Shown piece by piece: positions 13,355 through 25,290 of a stretch of DNA of 64,000 bases (position 1 is its first letter; each line of letters opens with the position of its first letter). A program made the translations under genes and the position numbers. Origin of the DNA: the human T2T-CHM13v2.0 reference genome, Homo sapiens. The DNA is taken from the NCBI RefSeq assembly GCF_009914755.1, contig NC_060926.1. One strand, given 5' to 3'. The notes under the pieces are model-generated. The model searched no databases and had not been told where the DNA came from. It saw nothing but the letters and a program-made list of their open reading frames with translations.

Positions 13355-14970
13355 CCATCCTGGCGGGCGGGCTGCGCGGAGGCTCGGGAGCTGGCCGGGG
13401 AGGGGCGGATGGAGGGGCCTGGGTTGCCAGCTCCCTTGGTCGGGGTCCTGCTCGCTGGGGCTTGTGTGTTCTCTGCGGCGGGCCGCGTCCCCGCTGAGCC
13501 TCGCGGTGACAGCCGCCTTTGGCAGCGAGCGCTCGGGGCACTTCTATCCCCGCCTCTCAAAGGGTGGGGACAGCCGTTTCCAGATTTGAATTTTTTCTGT
13601 TCTTTATTTTTAACGCTGCATCTTCGCGTGTGCTCAGAGGTGGTTGTTGGCGGAGAACGCCGCCGCAGTGTTTGACCTCTAGCGGTGAAGGGGGAAGGGG
13701 AAGAGGAAAGGAGAGAAGTGGTCGGTGTCTGTTTCCTTCTGTCCCCCGGGGCCGTGGAGCTGTCGGAGGGAAGGAGGACGGTGCGGGGCCGCAGGGGGCG
13801 CGGGGCGCGGCGGGACCCAGGCTACGAGCGGGAGGGAGGCGGGAGTCGGGGGAAGACGCGGCAGGCCGGCCGAGGGCACCCCGAGGAACATGGCATGGCC
13901 TCTGTGCGATCCGAGTCGCGGTCTCCGGGGTGCCTGGGAGGGCCGAACCACTGGTGAGGGCGTGGGGAGCAGGGGGTGGCAGAGGGCACCCGGGCGGTAG
14001 TCCGGGACGCGCAAGGCAGAGCCCTGACGCTCCGGGTCCCCGTGCCTGGCTCTTCTTGCCTCGCCACCGCGTGCTCCTGGGCGCGCCCCGCCGCGGGCCC
14101 TTGAGGCGCGCGGAGACACCAGCGCTGGCTTCCCGGGCCCGCGGGCCGGGGAGGGAAGCCTCGGGGCTGCGGGGTGAGAGGAAGAAAGCAAACCCGGGGA
14201 GCAGGCGGCTGCCGCACCCGCGCACCCCGGGCCCTCACCACGCCCTCCCCGCGCGCCGGCTCAGGGGCTGCCCCGGAATCAGCTCCCCGGGGCCGCCGCA
14301 ACGAAGGTGGATCCGCATCTTGATTGTTCTCCGGGAGCCTCCTGGGGGCTCCGGCGGCGGCGCGGGCGCGACCCATCCCGCTGGCGCTCCCCGCTCGCTG
14401 AACCCCGTTTGCCTGTCCACACCCCCTCGCTCCCCACCATTTTTCCTGACCGGCCTGTGTCCCCGAGCCCTCGCGGCAGGCCCGAGCAGGCGATCGCGGC
14501 CGGGCACGCGCGCCCCGGGCTCCCGCCCCCCTTCCGAGCATCCGCCGCCTCTTTTCTGCTGGGTCTGGGAGGAGGGAGGCTGGGAGGCCGCTCGGGGCCC
14601 AGCGTGCCAGCCCCGGAGTTCAGCCTCCCGAGCTGCGGCGCCCGCAGCGGAGGAGGTTTTCAGTGGCTGATTGAAACTCACTGCAAAATCACCACGACTC
14701 TTTCACCTACTGAGATGATTGACCGAGGTTTGGCCTTCCATTTTTACTGAGATTTGGCGAGACCGAATGGAAGCGTCCGCACAGTAACTGCAGCTGCTAG
14801 GCCAGAGGGGCCCCGGCGCCCTTCCCGCCTCCCCTCCCGCTTGCTTTTGCCTTACTCGATCTTACCACCACCCCTCCCCCGGCCCCCCGACTGAGAACTC
14901 GGGCCTCTCACCCGCCCCCCAGCCTCCCGCTCTGGGCGAGCCTCCTCCCCAGCCCCCACCCCTGGGATGC
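13355..14970. promoter_or_regulatory. CpG island inside the SOX11 3'UTR
   Basis: Abrupt ~1.6 kb GC/CpG-rich block between AT-rich UTR segments. Confidence 0.92.
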
Positions 14971-17900
14971 GAAGCCAGCAAGCTTTTGCTGCAGATGGAC
15001 AGGTTTCTTTTCTGTGGCTTTTTCCTTTCGATAAACCATCAGATTTCAGTAGTACATTTGGGAAAAGAAGGGGCTGATGGCGTTAACCAGGTTCTCAATA
15101 TAGAACTGGATTTCTGGAGTTGTTTACCTTACCCCACACCCCCTCAACATGTAGACTAATGCAGCCATTGGTGGTACATTTATTTTAGCCACGGATAATT
15201 GAACCAGCGGTTTACAATTGACACGTGCTCCGTGCTGGTGATTTTATGTGGCAGCCCTCTGCTGCAGTTCCGAAACTTGTTGGCAACGTAAACCCATTGA
15301 TAGGCTGATCTATGTATTTTGAAAGCCTGAAAACTTGGCATGTCTTTTCTGTTTTAATCATAGATGAATCTTGGACATTTTCTGTGGTGAGGTGGAAACT
15401 TTAAGTAAATTAGTAAAGTAATAATTTGGCTTCAGAATGGGAAGAGATAGTCAAGATTTTTTTTTTTTAAAGCCATGTGGCCTAACTTGATACAAAAATA
15501 AAAGTAATTGTTTGGCAATCTAAATTTAAAACCTGTTAGAACTCAGGACAGGCGCTTCAATGCGCTTTTTAACAATATTTAAGGCTGTTTTGATGAGTGC
15601 GTTGTGAGAATCATCTTAATGAATTCTTTATTGAGTGTCTAAAACATAGTATAATACACATGGTATTCTTGCCACTGGATAGTCTTCAATAAAAGTTTAA
15701 TTGATTTTTTTTTGTTGGTCTCTTAAGTAAGTCTTATTTTTAACTAAGCATTGACAGAATATCTTAAAATGGTAACCTGGGGGTGGCGGGTGGGTGCTGT
15801 GTGCACGGCAGCCTAGCCAGTGGGGATCCTGCTGTTTATTATAAGTAGTTCACAGACTCTGATGGCATTTTGGTAAGCTTTCCATCTTTAAGAAATTGAA
15901 CCAGCATTCTCTTATTAATTCTTTAAACTGTGGAAGTAATTTCCAGTTCTTACACTCTGATACGCATCCCTTTTATTTAAAAAAAAAAAAAAATGCTAAT
16001 AAAAGGCAGTGTACTTAAACTGTGCTTTGCAAATATTGTGTATGTTATGAATGACTACAGACACTGGGCAAATTATTTGTAGAATGATTATCCTTTAGCT
16101 AGAGAAAGAAATCATTACAACTCTTTTGGGCAGAGATGTTTCTTTTTAATGTTAATCAAGGGGAAGTGATTTAAATATGCATAAATGTAGCAGTCAGGGT
16201 GATTTAGTTGCTTTTTTCATGAAAGAAAAAGACTCAAAAGACAAGACTTATTTTTCTCTTCTGGGACTTGAAATCATAATCATCTGATATTAGTACAGTA
16301 CAAGAAATTTACATTTGTTTTTTACTTCAGAATTTAAGTGACTTTTGCCCAAGGAATTTGAGAAATAAGGCAAATAAGTTGCTCTATTTTAAAGTAGTCA
16401 TTCAATATAAATATATTATATCAATCTTAACTTTTTTATTCTCTGATATGATTAATAATATGTATATTCTTACTTTTCTTCTAATGGGCATATGTATCCT
16501 TGTGGACACTTTGAGAGAGGTTTTCTTGGACTCTCCCATTTATAGAATCTTTATACTCTTTTACTGTGTGGTTCCCTGCTTTTAACAGATTTCTGAGGCA
16601 AATATATTTGTGCTTTTTTCTTATGTAGGAAGACCAGCGAAAATAGTTTACTGAGTTGTCAATTTTATCAGTAGATAAGAAACTTTCTTTATTACAGTTT
16701 CAGGGAAGATTTTTTCAGGATATTTCTCAGTTATTCTAAGGGCCAAATTTTGTAAAATTTCCATTAGGAATGTCAGTTTCAAATACCCTTTGTATAGCCT
16801 AAGCCTGTGAGGATAACAAGAATGAGCCTTACCTATCCTAACACAGGGATTTACAAGTTCCCAAAGTAACCGTCTCCATGTAACTCTTGACATACTTTTC
16901 TGAGATTTGGCTTATTTTTATTATTGGTTATTTCTCACTGTTCATTCTATTTGATTTATTCTACAACATCCCCTTTTATTTAATGATCTGGAAAATTCTG
17001 CTCTTTGATAACAACTCAGGATTTTTTTGTTCAGTTTTGGTTTTTGCCCCTTCCTGTGGAGCCTACATTTTCAACCACAATAAAGATGAAACAAAATTTA
17101 TGAAACTGAGCTCTCTTCCATTTTACTTACTGCTGGCTTTTTTTTTTTTTTTTTCCTTGATTCCTACCATACCTTCGTTTTTTTCATTGTACTTTTTTAA
17201 CACTACCTATATCCATTAGCTGCCTAATTAGTTTTATCTGTTCCATGTGGATGCAGTGAGTTTATAAGAGAATTTCACAAACAAGTAGTTTTTTAGTGAA
17301 CTTAAAATAAACAGAATTTTAAAGGAGACCTATTTTTATACTCAATAAAAGCACAAAAGTGCAGAAAGTATAAAACGGCTTACAAAGGGAGACACAAGCT
17401 CATAATGTTCCATGTATAAAAGTAATAACTTTATTGGGTAGAGATATTCTTACAAGATCTAGCACCTCTGCCAGTGCACAGATAGGACTGTTTTAAATGA
17501 TTTGGGAACTTTTGGTTGCCTGCAGTTGTGAACAGAGAACTTCTCTACAGAGAAACAAACCACTAAAAGCAATATGACCGAGTTGAGATGTGGTTTCCAA
17601 TGAGCAATTGGTGAATTTAAGCAACCTGGATGTGCATATGTGGAGGCTCCCGTCTCACTGTTTGATCAAACTTCTTTTATGTAGTCACGTAGACTTGATT
17701 TTTTCTGCTGTGAAAATGAAAAAATAAAGCAATATGACAAAAAGTTTAAAAATGCATAAAAAATAGGATTTCCTCTAGGCTCCTCGAAGAGATTTTTTTA
17801 ATATGATGCTTGTCTTACTTTCTTAGACACGTTACATTTCCCCTTCCAAAAAAAAAAAAAAGGACAACTGGAAGTAATTTATCATATAAAGAATTTTGAT

Positions 17901-18787
17901 CAAATAGATATTGACAAAGGGCCCTCTGTCACATTTTTCTTCATCCAGCTTTTGTTCAAAAACAGTATGCCTCCTCCCTTGAATCACATAGGGAGAAACG
18001 TTATACTCCATTCTCATTAATTTCCCATTTTGTCTACTTTTACTCTTGTACATATGTTGTGGGTTTAAGAGTCTTTTGCATTTGTTCTGTGACACCTTTT
18101 TTTGAATTGACTGTTTTAAAACGGAGGCCTATTTTTTCCGGTTTGGGACTCCTAGTGGTTATGGCATCCCATAATGCTTCGTGACGGCCACCAGGACAGA
18201 ACCACCTGATGTTTTAGAGCAGTTTTCAGCATGACACTGTTAACAAGTGTGTATTTTCCAAGGCCACATGAAACTTACTTTCTTAGCCACTCCAGGTTTG
18301 GGAGCAGAAAAGCTGAAAAACCCTTTTGTGTAGAAGTCTGAGTGGTTTGTGGGGGGGACCTTTTTTAGAGTTTGCATGCCAGCGCACGGCCTATTGCTGT
18401 GAAACAGAGAGAAGGTAAAGCTACCTGAGGCAGTGCGCTGGAGGATGAAGTGTTTGATAGCACTAGGGGGGAAAGAAAATGCATGGCAAAGTTTCGTCTT
18501 CTCGTAGACTATCTAGCATGCAGAGTGTAGTGTGTTGAAACGGTGTATGACATTGCTGTATCAAAGTTGTAAAATTAAGCATTATTTATTGAAAACTATG
18601 TATTTTTTTGTAAAAACCTGATCACATAGAGAATATCAGTGGCTTGTGCTTGTGCTTCGATCTAACCAGCTTCTTGACCCACCCCCCCTTGGTATGCAGT
18701 GTTAATGCTCAGGGTTGAAAATAGTACACTCCAATGTCTCTTTTGCAAGAGTTTTTCACAGAGGATTACATTTGTTCAAAAGACTCT

Positions 18788-18793
18788 AATAAA
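18788..18793 (+). terminator. SOX11: Distal (main) SOX11 poly(A) signal
   Basis: AATAAA, CA at ~18811, then TTGTGGTTTTTATGTGACTTTTTTC downstream element. Confidence 0.85.
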
Positions 18794-20929
18794 ATTGTGT
18801 GATCAATCTTCACTTGTGGTTTTTATGTGACTTTTTTCTAGTTTTGCATTTGATAACTGCTGTTTAATTCTGAAAATGTTGTCTCAAACCAGATGTCAGG
18901 GACAGGCTTGAAGATTCCTGATGTCTCAGCACCCAGCACGGCTGTCAGCCTCGGCAGGAGGAAGACCACGGAAAGTGAGTTTTCTGGGCAGGTTGGAGAG
19001 CTGCTGACAGTGAGAATGAGCATGGTGATTACATCTCAATATATTAAACTGGCTGATAGAGGGAATAAAACCACAGACAAAGTGTAGAGGGGTAGATTAA
19101 CATGTTTTGTCAGAAATGTCTGAAGTAGAAAATGAAGGAAAAATATCAGGGGCAGTTGCTGCTATTGAATTCAATACCAGCAAACTCCATTCCTCAGTGT
19201 CTTTTTTTTTTTCCTATAAACAATTTACAGTGTAAATGTATTTTGACATAGAAATCATTCTGTATTGAGATTCTTGATATAAAATGCTTTTATGAGAGCC
19301 TGTAAGTGATCCTTGGAATTATTATCAGATTTTTTAAAAGATGTGTTTACATGGTGAGTGTGTGTTGCATATTAAATTTGGTTTTGTAGAAACGTTTGTG
19401 TTGTATTGTAAAAAAATCTCAAAGTGCACAATTAACACAGCCGCTCTTAGGTTCTTGGTTATGTCAATTTCCACTACAGACCAAAGAACAAACATCAGAC
19501 CTATCTATGGCAACTTTTTCTAATAATTACATCATTTATTCAATGTCTTGGCCTCATTTCAGAATATTTTTGAATGTCTTTCATCTTGGTAGGATTTTAT
19601 TTTTATTTACCTTTTGAAGGAAACAAAACATAGACCCTGTAGAATTTTTATCTAGCAAAGAAGTTCCTTGCAATGAACACTAATAGATCCTCAATATGTG
19701 TCAAATTCCCCATTGGGACTCCTTGTACTATTTGCTATACAATTTGCCTTTCAGTGATGTGGTGTTTTTCTTAAATAGATTTTTTTTTCTAAAATTTAAT
19801 AAATTTATTGACACCTTTGGTTAAAATGTCACTGATACAATTTTTAAGAAAACGTAAAATGTTGAAACATTGATCTTCTCCCAGTAAATCTAGGAGTGAA
19901 AGGAAGAGTTGAAGGGATCTTTCCTTCAGTGATAGCTTATCTATAGATGTCCTAAATATAGTCTACGCTCACACAATGTCATGATCCAAATACGGATAGT
20001 AATAGCCTTGTCAGAGAATATGTTGGTTCTCCTCAAAAGTAAATTCTTTCATAAAATGAATAGCTTGGTGAACTTGAAAAAATTGAATCCTGATTATAAC
20101 ATTGGTCAGAGCACATACTATTTCATTAAAAAGGCCATTCTTTCGGTGTGTTGAGAACATGGAGAGTAGAAAGAGGTCCTAGCAGAGCAGCTCATCATGC
20201 CACTTTATACTGAGTCTTTTGATAGCACTGAATTGCAAAGCTACACATTTTGTGACCTACCATCAGACAACTGAATCTAACCATTAAAGGCAGTACATGA
20301 GAAAAAAGTTAGGAGAGATAAGATTTTTTGAACCTTTAAAGATTTCTTTCTGTTAAATAATCACCAAGGTGCGTTTAGCCTGTGTTTAAATACCATAGGT
20401 GCCAATCATTTCTGCCATCCTTATTCTGTTCTGAAGGATTTTGCAAACTCACATTTCCAGCTGGACTAAATGACCATGTTCCACCCAGTGCCCCTTGGCT
20501 ACTAACCAAACAGCAGCTCATGGACAATAGGCTTGCTCAGAACCTGGGACTCACTCACTCTGTCCTAAGATTTGAACTGCACTAATAACCAGACTCCTCA
20601 GTCCCAGATTTGCAGTTAAGAAACACACACACAGGCCTAGTTCTTGGTGAGAGTGGAGTTAGGAGGCCAAGAGGAACTCTGAAGCCTGAGGTAGCCGTAG
20701 CCACCACAAGCTGAAATGAGGAGGTTGGAAATATGAGGAAAACCTAGAAAGCAGAGAAATCATAAGGGAGAACCACAGGAGCCCTGAGAGGAGGAATCTG
20801 GGGTATCTGGGAGAGGCGGGCTTTGGCAGCCCTCTGCCCCAGCTCCATGGGGTTTCCTGCAGCAGATCTGTGGCCAGGCTGCTGGCAGACTGGGAGGTAT
20901 TTGGCTATTCCTTGTTACTAACAAAAACA

Positions 20930-21260
20930 TATTTTTTTGTTTGAGTGGCAACAAAGCCAGACAAAAAATTACATTCCCTTTCCTCCCTTGCAGAGAGAGA
21001 TGACCATGTGACCAGGAAAACCCCTCTACAAGGAAGCATACATAGTGGGTATGCACCTTTCTGCATTTGTTTCTTCCTTCCATTTGGGATGTAGGTGAGA
21101 TGGCTTGAGCTGCAGGTGTGATCTTATGATCAGGAAAGAGGAAAAAGAAATTTCAGATTCCTTGACCAGCCATGACAAACTTGAGCCACTGAATCACTGC
21201 CAACTGCTGCGTTGTGTTTGAGTAAGCTACAGTTACTTGGATGTAAATGTAGCCAAACCA
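20930..21260. mobile_element. Highly diverged MaLR/ERVL LTR relic
   Basis: GATGGCTTGAGCTGCAGG...CTTGAGCCACTGAATCA...GTTACTTG resemble old MLT1 LTRs. Confidence 0.35.
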
Positions 21261-21829
21261 AAACTCTAAAAAACTTCTATTTTCCTGAGATTATTTGAGT
21301 GGATTTGTGTTTCTCTTCCCCCATTGAGTAAAACTACAAAGAGTTTAAATAGCTGAAGAGGGAGGAGGATGTTTTAAACACTGTATTAATATTAAAATAT
21401 TAATACATGGGGAGACTTTAGTGAAACTCACAAAAGTTGATGAAAATATTTTTTAAAAAAGTAAAGAGAAAAAGAAAGAAATGTCAAGAATTTGTACAAT
21501 CACAAATAGGACACCAGATTTCCACTTACATTTTATGTTTATTTTATATAAATATTTCGATTAAGATTTGTTTGAGAATTGCTTATACATTTGCAGAGCT
21601 TCTCAGCTTGGTGATGATACAAGATCACTCTTTGTCTTCACATCTCAAGCATTTCCTGATTCCATTGCCAGCATGTACCTCTTCTAGGTGAATAGTTTCT
21701 CACTAATCTAATCCTTTCAGATTAAATTAAGCTTCACTTGATTCGGTAGATGGCATCTTCAAAATGAAGGGGCCCTCAGATACTATTTACTCCCATTTTT
21801 TCCCAACAGTTAAAAATTTTGGTTTTCCA

Positions 21830-22036
21830 ACTCATAGAATATTGCAAGCAATAGACATTGAACACCAGGAAGGGTGAGAGGGCAGGAGAGGGGTGAGGGG
21901 TGAGAAATTACTTATTGGGCACAATGTACATTATTTGGGAGACGGTTACAATAAAAGTCCGGGCTTCACAACTACACAGTATTTCTATGTAACAAAACTG
22001 AACTGGTACCCCTTAAATTTATACAAAATAAATAAG
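21830..22036 (+). mobile_element. L1 3' end (L1PB/L1MA-like)
   Basis: GAGAAATTACTTATTGGGCACAATGTACATTATTTGGG...ATGTAACAAAACTGAACTGGTACCCCTTAAATTTATACAAAATAAA. Confidence 0.8.
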
Positions 22037-22689
22037 AAATGGAAGGCCAATGTAAGCATGCTTTCTCGAAAAAAGAAAGAATATCAAAGTAATATATTTA
22101 GAGTGGTGAATTGAGAACCTGGAGAAAGAGCCAGAAAAAAATAAAAGAAAAAAAAATTATTAACAAGGTGGCTATAAAAAGCAAACAAAAAGCTAAAAAG
22201 TCTGGGATCATTTAGTTTAAAGATAAACATCTCTACTCAAATGACCCCTGAGTGCATCACTGTGTTAGATAATGTTACAAAGATCAGTGTTTATAATATT
22301 GACACTAACTTCTCAGAAGATGCTTGCATCGTGTTCATTACGGCTTATTTACGGAGGCAGGGAAGTATGAAATCTTGCTTAAGTATTCTACCCGACATTT
22401 TAAATGGAACCAAAATGTTTAGGAAGAATCACTTTTGGCAAAACCCTCTCACTTGAGAGTATTCTCTAAATGAACGTATTTTTGGTCCAAGAGCTAGCAG
22501 AAGATAACACAGGGAAGAAGTTTTGCTTTGTGGGAACTAAAGAGGTGGAATAGAATACTCCAGTGAAGTCACCCCGTGTGACTGAGATACTACAATTCAG
22601 TCCGAGTCTGCATAATCCAGAAGATGGAGCAGAGGCAGATGAGATGGCTACAAAACTGGCGGGAATGAGGAGTGCCAGCCCAGCCCCAA

Positions 22690-24320
22690 GAAGGAAGGCT
22701 GGGGTGGCAGAGCCAAGGAGGCCGGGATGGAGGATCCAGGGAGGCTGGGGAGGAGGAGCTGAGAAGGGGTGGAGGAGCTAGGGAGGCCAGGGTGGAAGAG
22801 TTGAGACCTAGGTGGAGGAGCTGGGGAGGCTGGGGTGGAGGAGCTGGGAGGCTGGGGTGGAGGAGCTGGGAGGCTGGGGTGGAGAAGCTGGGAGGCTGGG
22901 GTGGAGGAGCTGGGAGGCTGGGGTGGAGAAGCTGGGGGTACCAGGTTGGAAGAACAGGGGAGGCAGGGATGTAGAAGCTGCAAGGACCAGGGTGGAGGAG
23001 CTAGGGGAGTAGGGGTGGAGGAGCCGGTGAGAAAGGGGTGGAGGAGTAGGGGATGCCAGGGTGGAGGAGTTGAGGAGAATGGGGTGGAGGAGCAGGGGAA
23101 GCAGGGGTGGAGGAGCTGGGGTGGCCGAGGTGGAGGAGCAGGGGAGGCCAGGGTGGAGGAGCCGAGAAGGGGTGGAGCTGGGGAGGCCGGGGTGAAGGAG
23201 TTGGGGGGACTTGGATGGAGGAGCAAGGGAGGCAGGGGTGGAGGACCTGAGAAGGGGTGGAGTTTGGGAGTCTGGGGAGGAGGAGCTGGGGAGGTCAGGG
23301 TGGAAGAGTTGAGACCTAGCTGGAGGAGCTGGGGTGAAGGAGCTGGGAGGCTGGGGTGGAGGAGCTGGGAGACCAGGGTAGAGGAGTTGAGGAGGCCGGG
23401 GTGGAGGAATTGGGGAGGCTGGAGTGGAGGAGCAGGGGAGAAAGGGGTGGAGGAAAAGGGGAAGAAGGGGTGGAGGAGGAGGGGAGGCAGGGGTGGAGCT
23501 GGGGGGACCGGGGTGGAGGAGCTGGGAGGCCAGGGTGGAGGAGTTGAGGAGGCTGGGGTAGAGGAGCAGGGAGGCTGGGGTAGAGGAGCAGGGAGGCTGG
23601 GGTAGAGGAGCAGGGAGGCTGGGGTAGAGGAGCAGGGAGACTGGGGTAGAGGAACAGGTAGGCTGGGGTGGAGGAGCTGGGAGGCCAGGGTGGAGGAGTT
23701 GAGGAGGCTGGGGTAGAGGAGCAGGGAGGCTGGGGTAGAGGAGCAGGGAGGCTGGGGTAGAGGAGCAGGGAGGCTGGGGTAGAGGAGCAGGGAGGCTGGG
23801 GTGGAGGAGCAGGGAGGCTGGGGTGGAGGAGCAGGGAGACTGGGGTGGAGAAGCTGGGAGGCTGGGGTGGAGGAGCTGGGAGGCTGGGGTAGAGGAGCAG
23901 GGAGACTGGGGTGGAGGAGCAGGGAGGCTGGGGTGGAGAAGCTGGGAGGCTGGGGTGGAGGAGCTGGGAGGCTGGGGTAGAGGAGCAGGGAGACTGGGGT
24001 GGAGGAGCAGGGAGGCTGGGGTGGAGAAGCTGGGAGGCTGGGGTAGAGGAGCAGGGAGGCTGGGGTAGAGGAGCAGGGAGGCTGGGGTGGAGGAGCAGGG
24101 AGACTGGGGTGGAGAAGCTGGGAGGCTGGGGTGGAGGAGCTGGGAGGCTGGGGTAGAGGAGCAGGGAGACTGGGGTGGAGGAGCAGGGAGGCTGGGGTGG
24201 AGAAGCTGGGAGGCTGGGGTGGAGGAGCAGGGAGGCTGGGGTGGAGGAGCTGGGAGGCTGGGGTGGAGGAGCAGGGAGACTGGGGTGGAGGAGCAGGGAG
24301 GCTGGGGTGGAGGAGCAGGG
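22690..24320 (+). repeat. G-rich 22-bp VNTR, consensus GGAGGCTGGGGT(G/A)GAGGAGC(T/A)G, roughly 70-75 copies
   Basis: Direct reading; degenerate in ~22940-23510, homogeneous in ~23550-24320. Confidence 0.97.
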
Positions 24321-24459
24321 TCAGTCTTTCCTGGGGGTGGCGGCTGGGGCAGCCACACAGGGTAGGACACACTGGGTGGAAGTGGTGGCGGAAGGATGAA
24401 TTCAACGTGAGTAAAACATGGAATGTGGTTGCGTTCAGAGTAAGGGAAGAACTGGTGTC

Positions 24460-25290
24460 CGTGAGTCTGACGGCGAGCTGGGCAGGTGTGACCTGGAAGG
24501 GCGGGCAGGTGGGGCACGGCGCCCCGGAGGGAGCCAGGGGCCACTCGCTGGACACTGAACGTGCTGGTTGTGCCTGGGACGATCCTGGGCAGCGCCCCTC
24601 CCTGCCTGCGCGGGTCCCGTGGACGGGGCCCTCCTCTCTCCGTGCGTCCTGTCGCTGTCAGGGCATCGGTGGTCGCGGGAGGTCTTGGGTGTTCATGGGG
24701 GTCACGCGGCAAAGGCCTCTGGTGCCCGGAGGAGCCTGGGCTCTGAGGCCTGAACGACTTGGTTTCCGGAATTCCTTCCGCTGCTTTCGACCGCGGGACT
24801 CTGGAGCTTTGCTAACCTGCCCCGTGCCTGGGTCTCCTCTAGGTCAAGGAGAGGGTGTGGACTGGAGGAAATCTAAGTCCGTGGAGACGTAGCCCTCTGG
24901 CTCTAACCTGTGAGGACGGGGTTCCCCCTGCCTCGTGGACTCTGCTCTCCAGAGCCTGGGACCCTGGCAGGTGCTTCGGATGAAGGAGCCGGGAGGAGCC
25001 GACTGCCTTTCCTTCCCGCCGGGATCCGCGAAAACGTGTGGTCGGGACTCCGAGCGCGGAACCCTCAAGGGGAAGAAGAGGCCCCGTGGGGAACGCGCAG
25101 CGTGTCAGGGCTGGCACCAGCTCCGTTCTGGAAAAGAAATTGCGACGAAAAGAGACGGCAGCCGTGACCTCTGCTCTGTATTTCCTTCCTCTTCGGAGAG
25201 GAAGATGGAATTTAGTAGTTTATTGAGGGGCGGGAGATCCTGGCTAGCGCAGAGTGTAGCCATCGTTTTCGGCTCTGGCACACTCGAGGG
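24460..25290. promoter_or_regulatory. Orphan CpG island next to the VNTR
   Basis: Dense CpGs (e.g. CGCGGGTCCCGTGGACGGGG, CCGCGAAAACG, CCGAGCGCGG) in otherwise CpG-depleted DNA. Confidence 0.8.

Larger units (their letters stand above)
11475..18812 (+). other. SOX11: Long SOX11 3'UTR (~7.3 kb)
   Basis: AU/U-rich, no recognisable transposons, many miRNA seed matches, ends at AATAAA 18788 followed by a GU/U-rich element; agrees with the known ~9 kb SOX11 mRNA. Confidence 0.85.

Noticed and set aside
13519-14670. 383-aa ORF in the 3'UTR CpG island
   Set aside because: TTG start, Arg/Gly/Pro/Ala-rich, and long ORFs occur in several frames here, which is typical of GC-rich non-coding DNA
15497-17861. 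Many extra AATAAA hexamers (15497, 15688, 15998, 17079, 17306, 17344, 17723) as alternative poly(A) sites
   Set aside because: Expected in AT-rich sequence; nearby genomic A-tracts (15979-15993, 17848-17861) also cause oligo-dT mispriming, so use cannot be inferred from sequence
22690-24320. CRISPR-like array
   Set aside because: Head-to-tail tandem units with no unique spacers, in a human genome context
22648-24892. 635-, 634-, 256- and 253-aa ORFs
   Set aside because: Translations of the 22-bp VNTR, whose C-rich strand lacks stop codons
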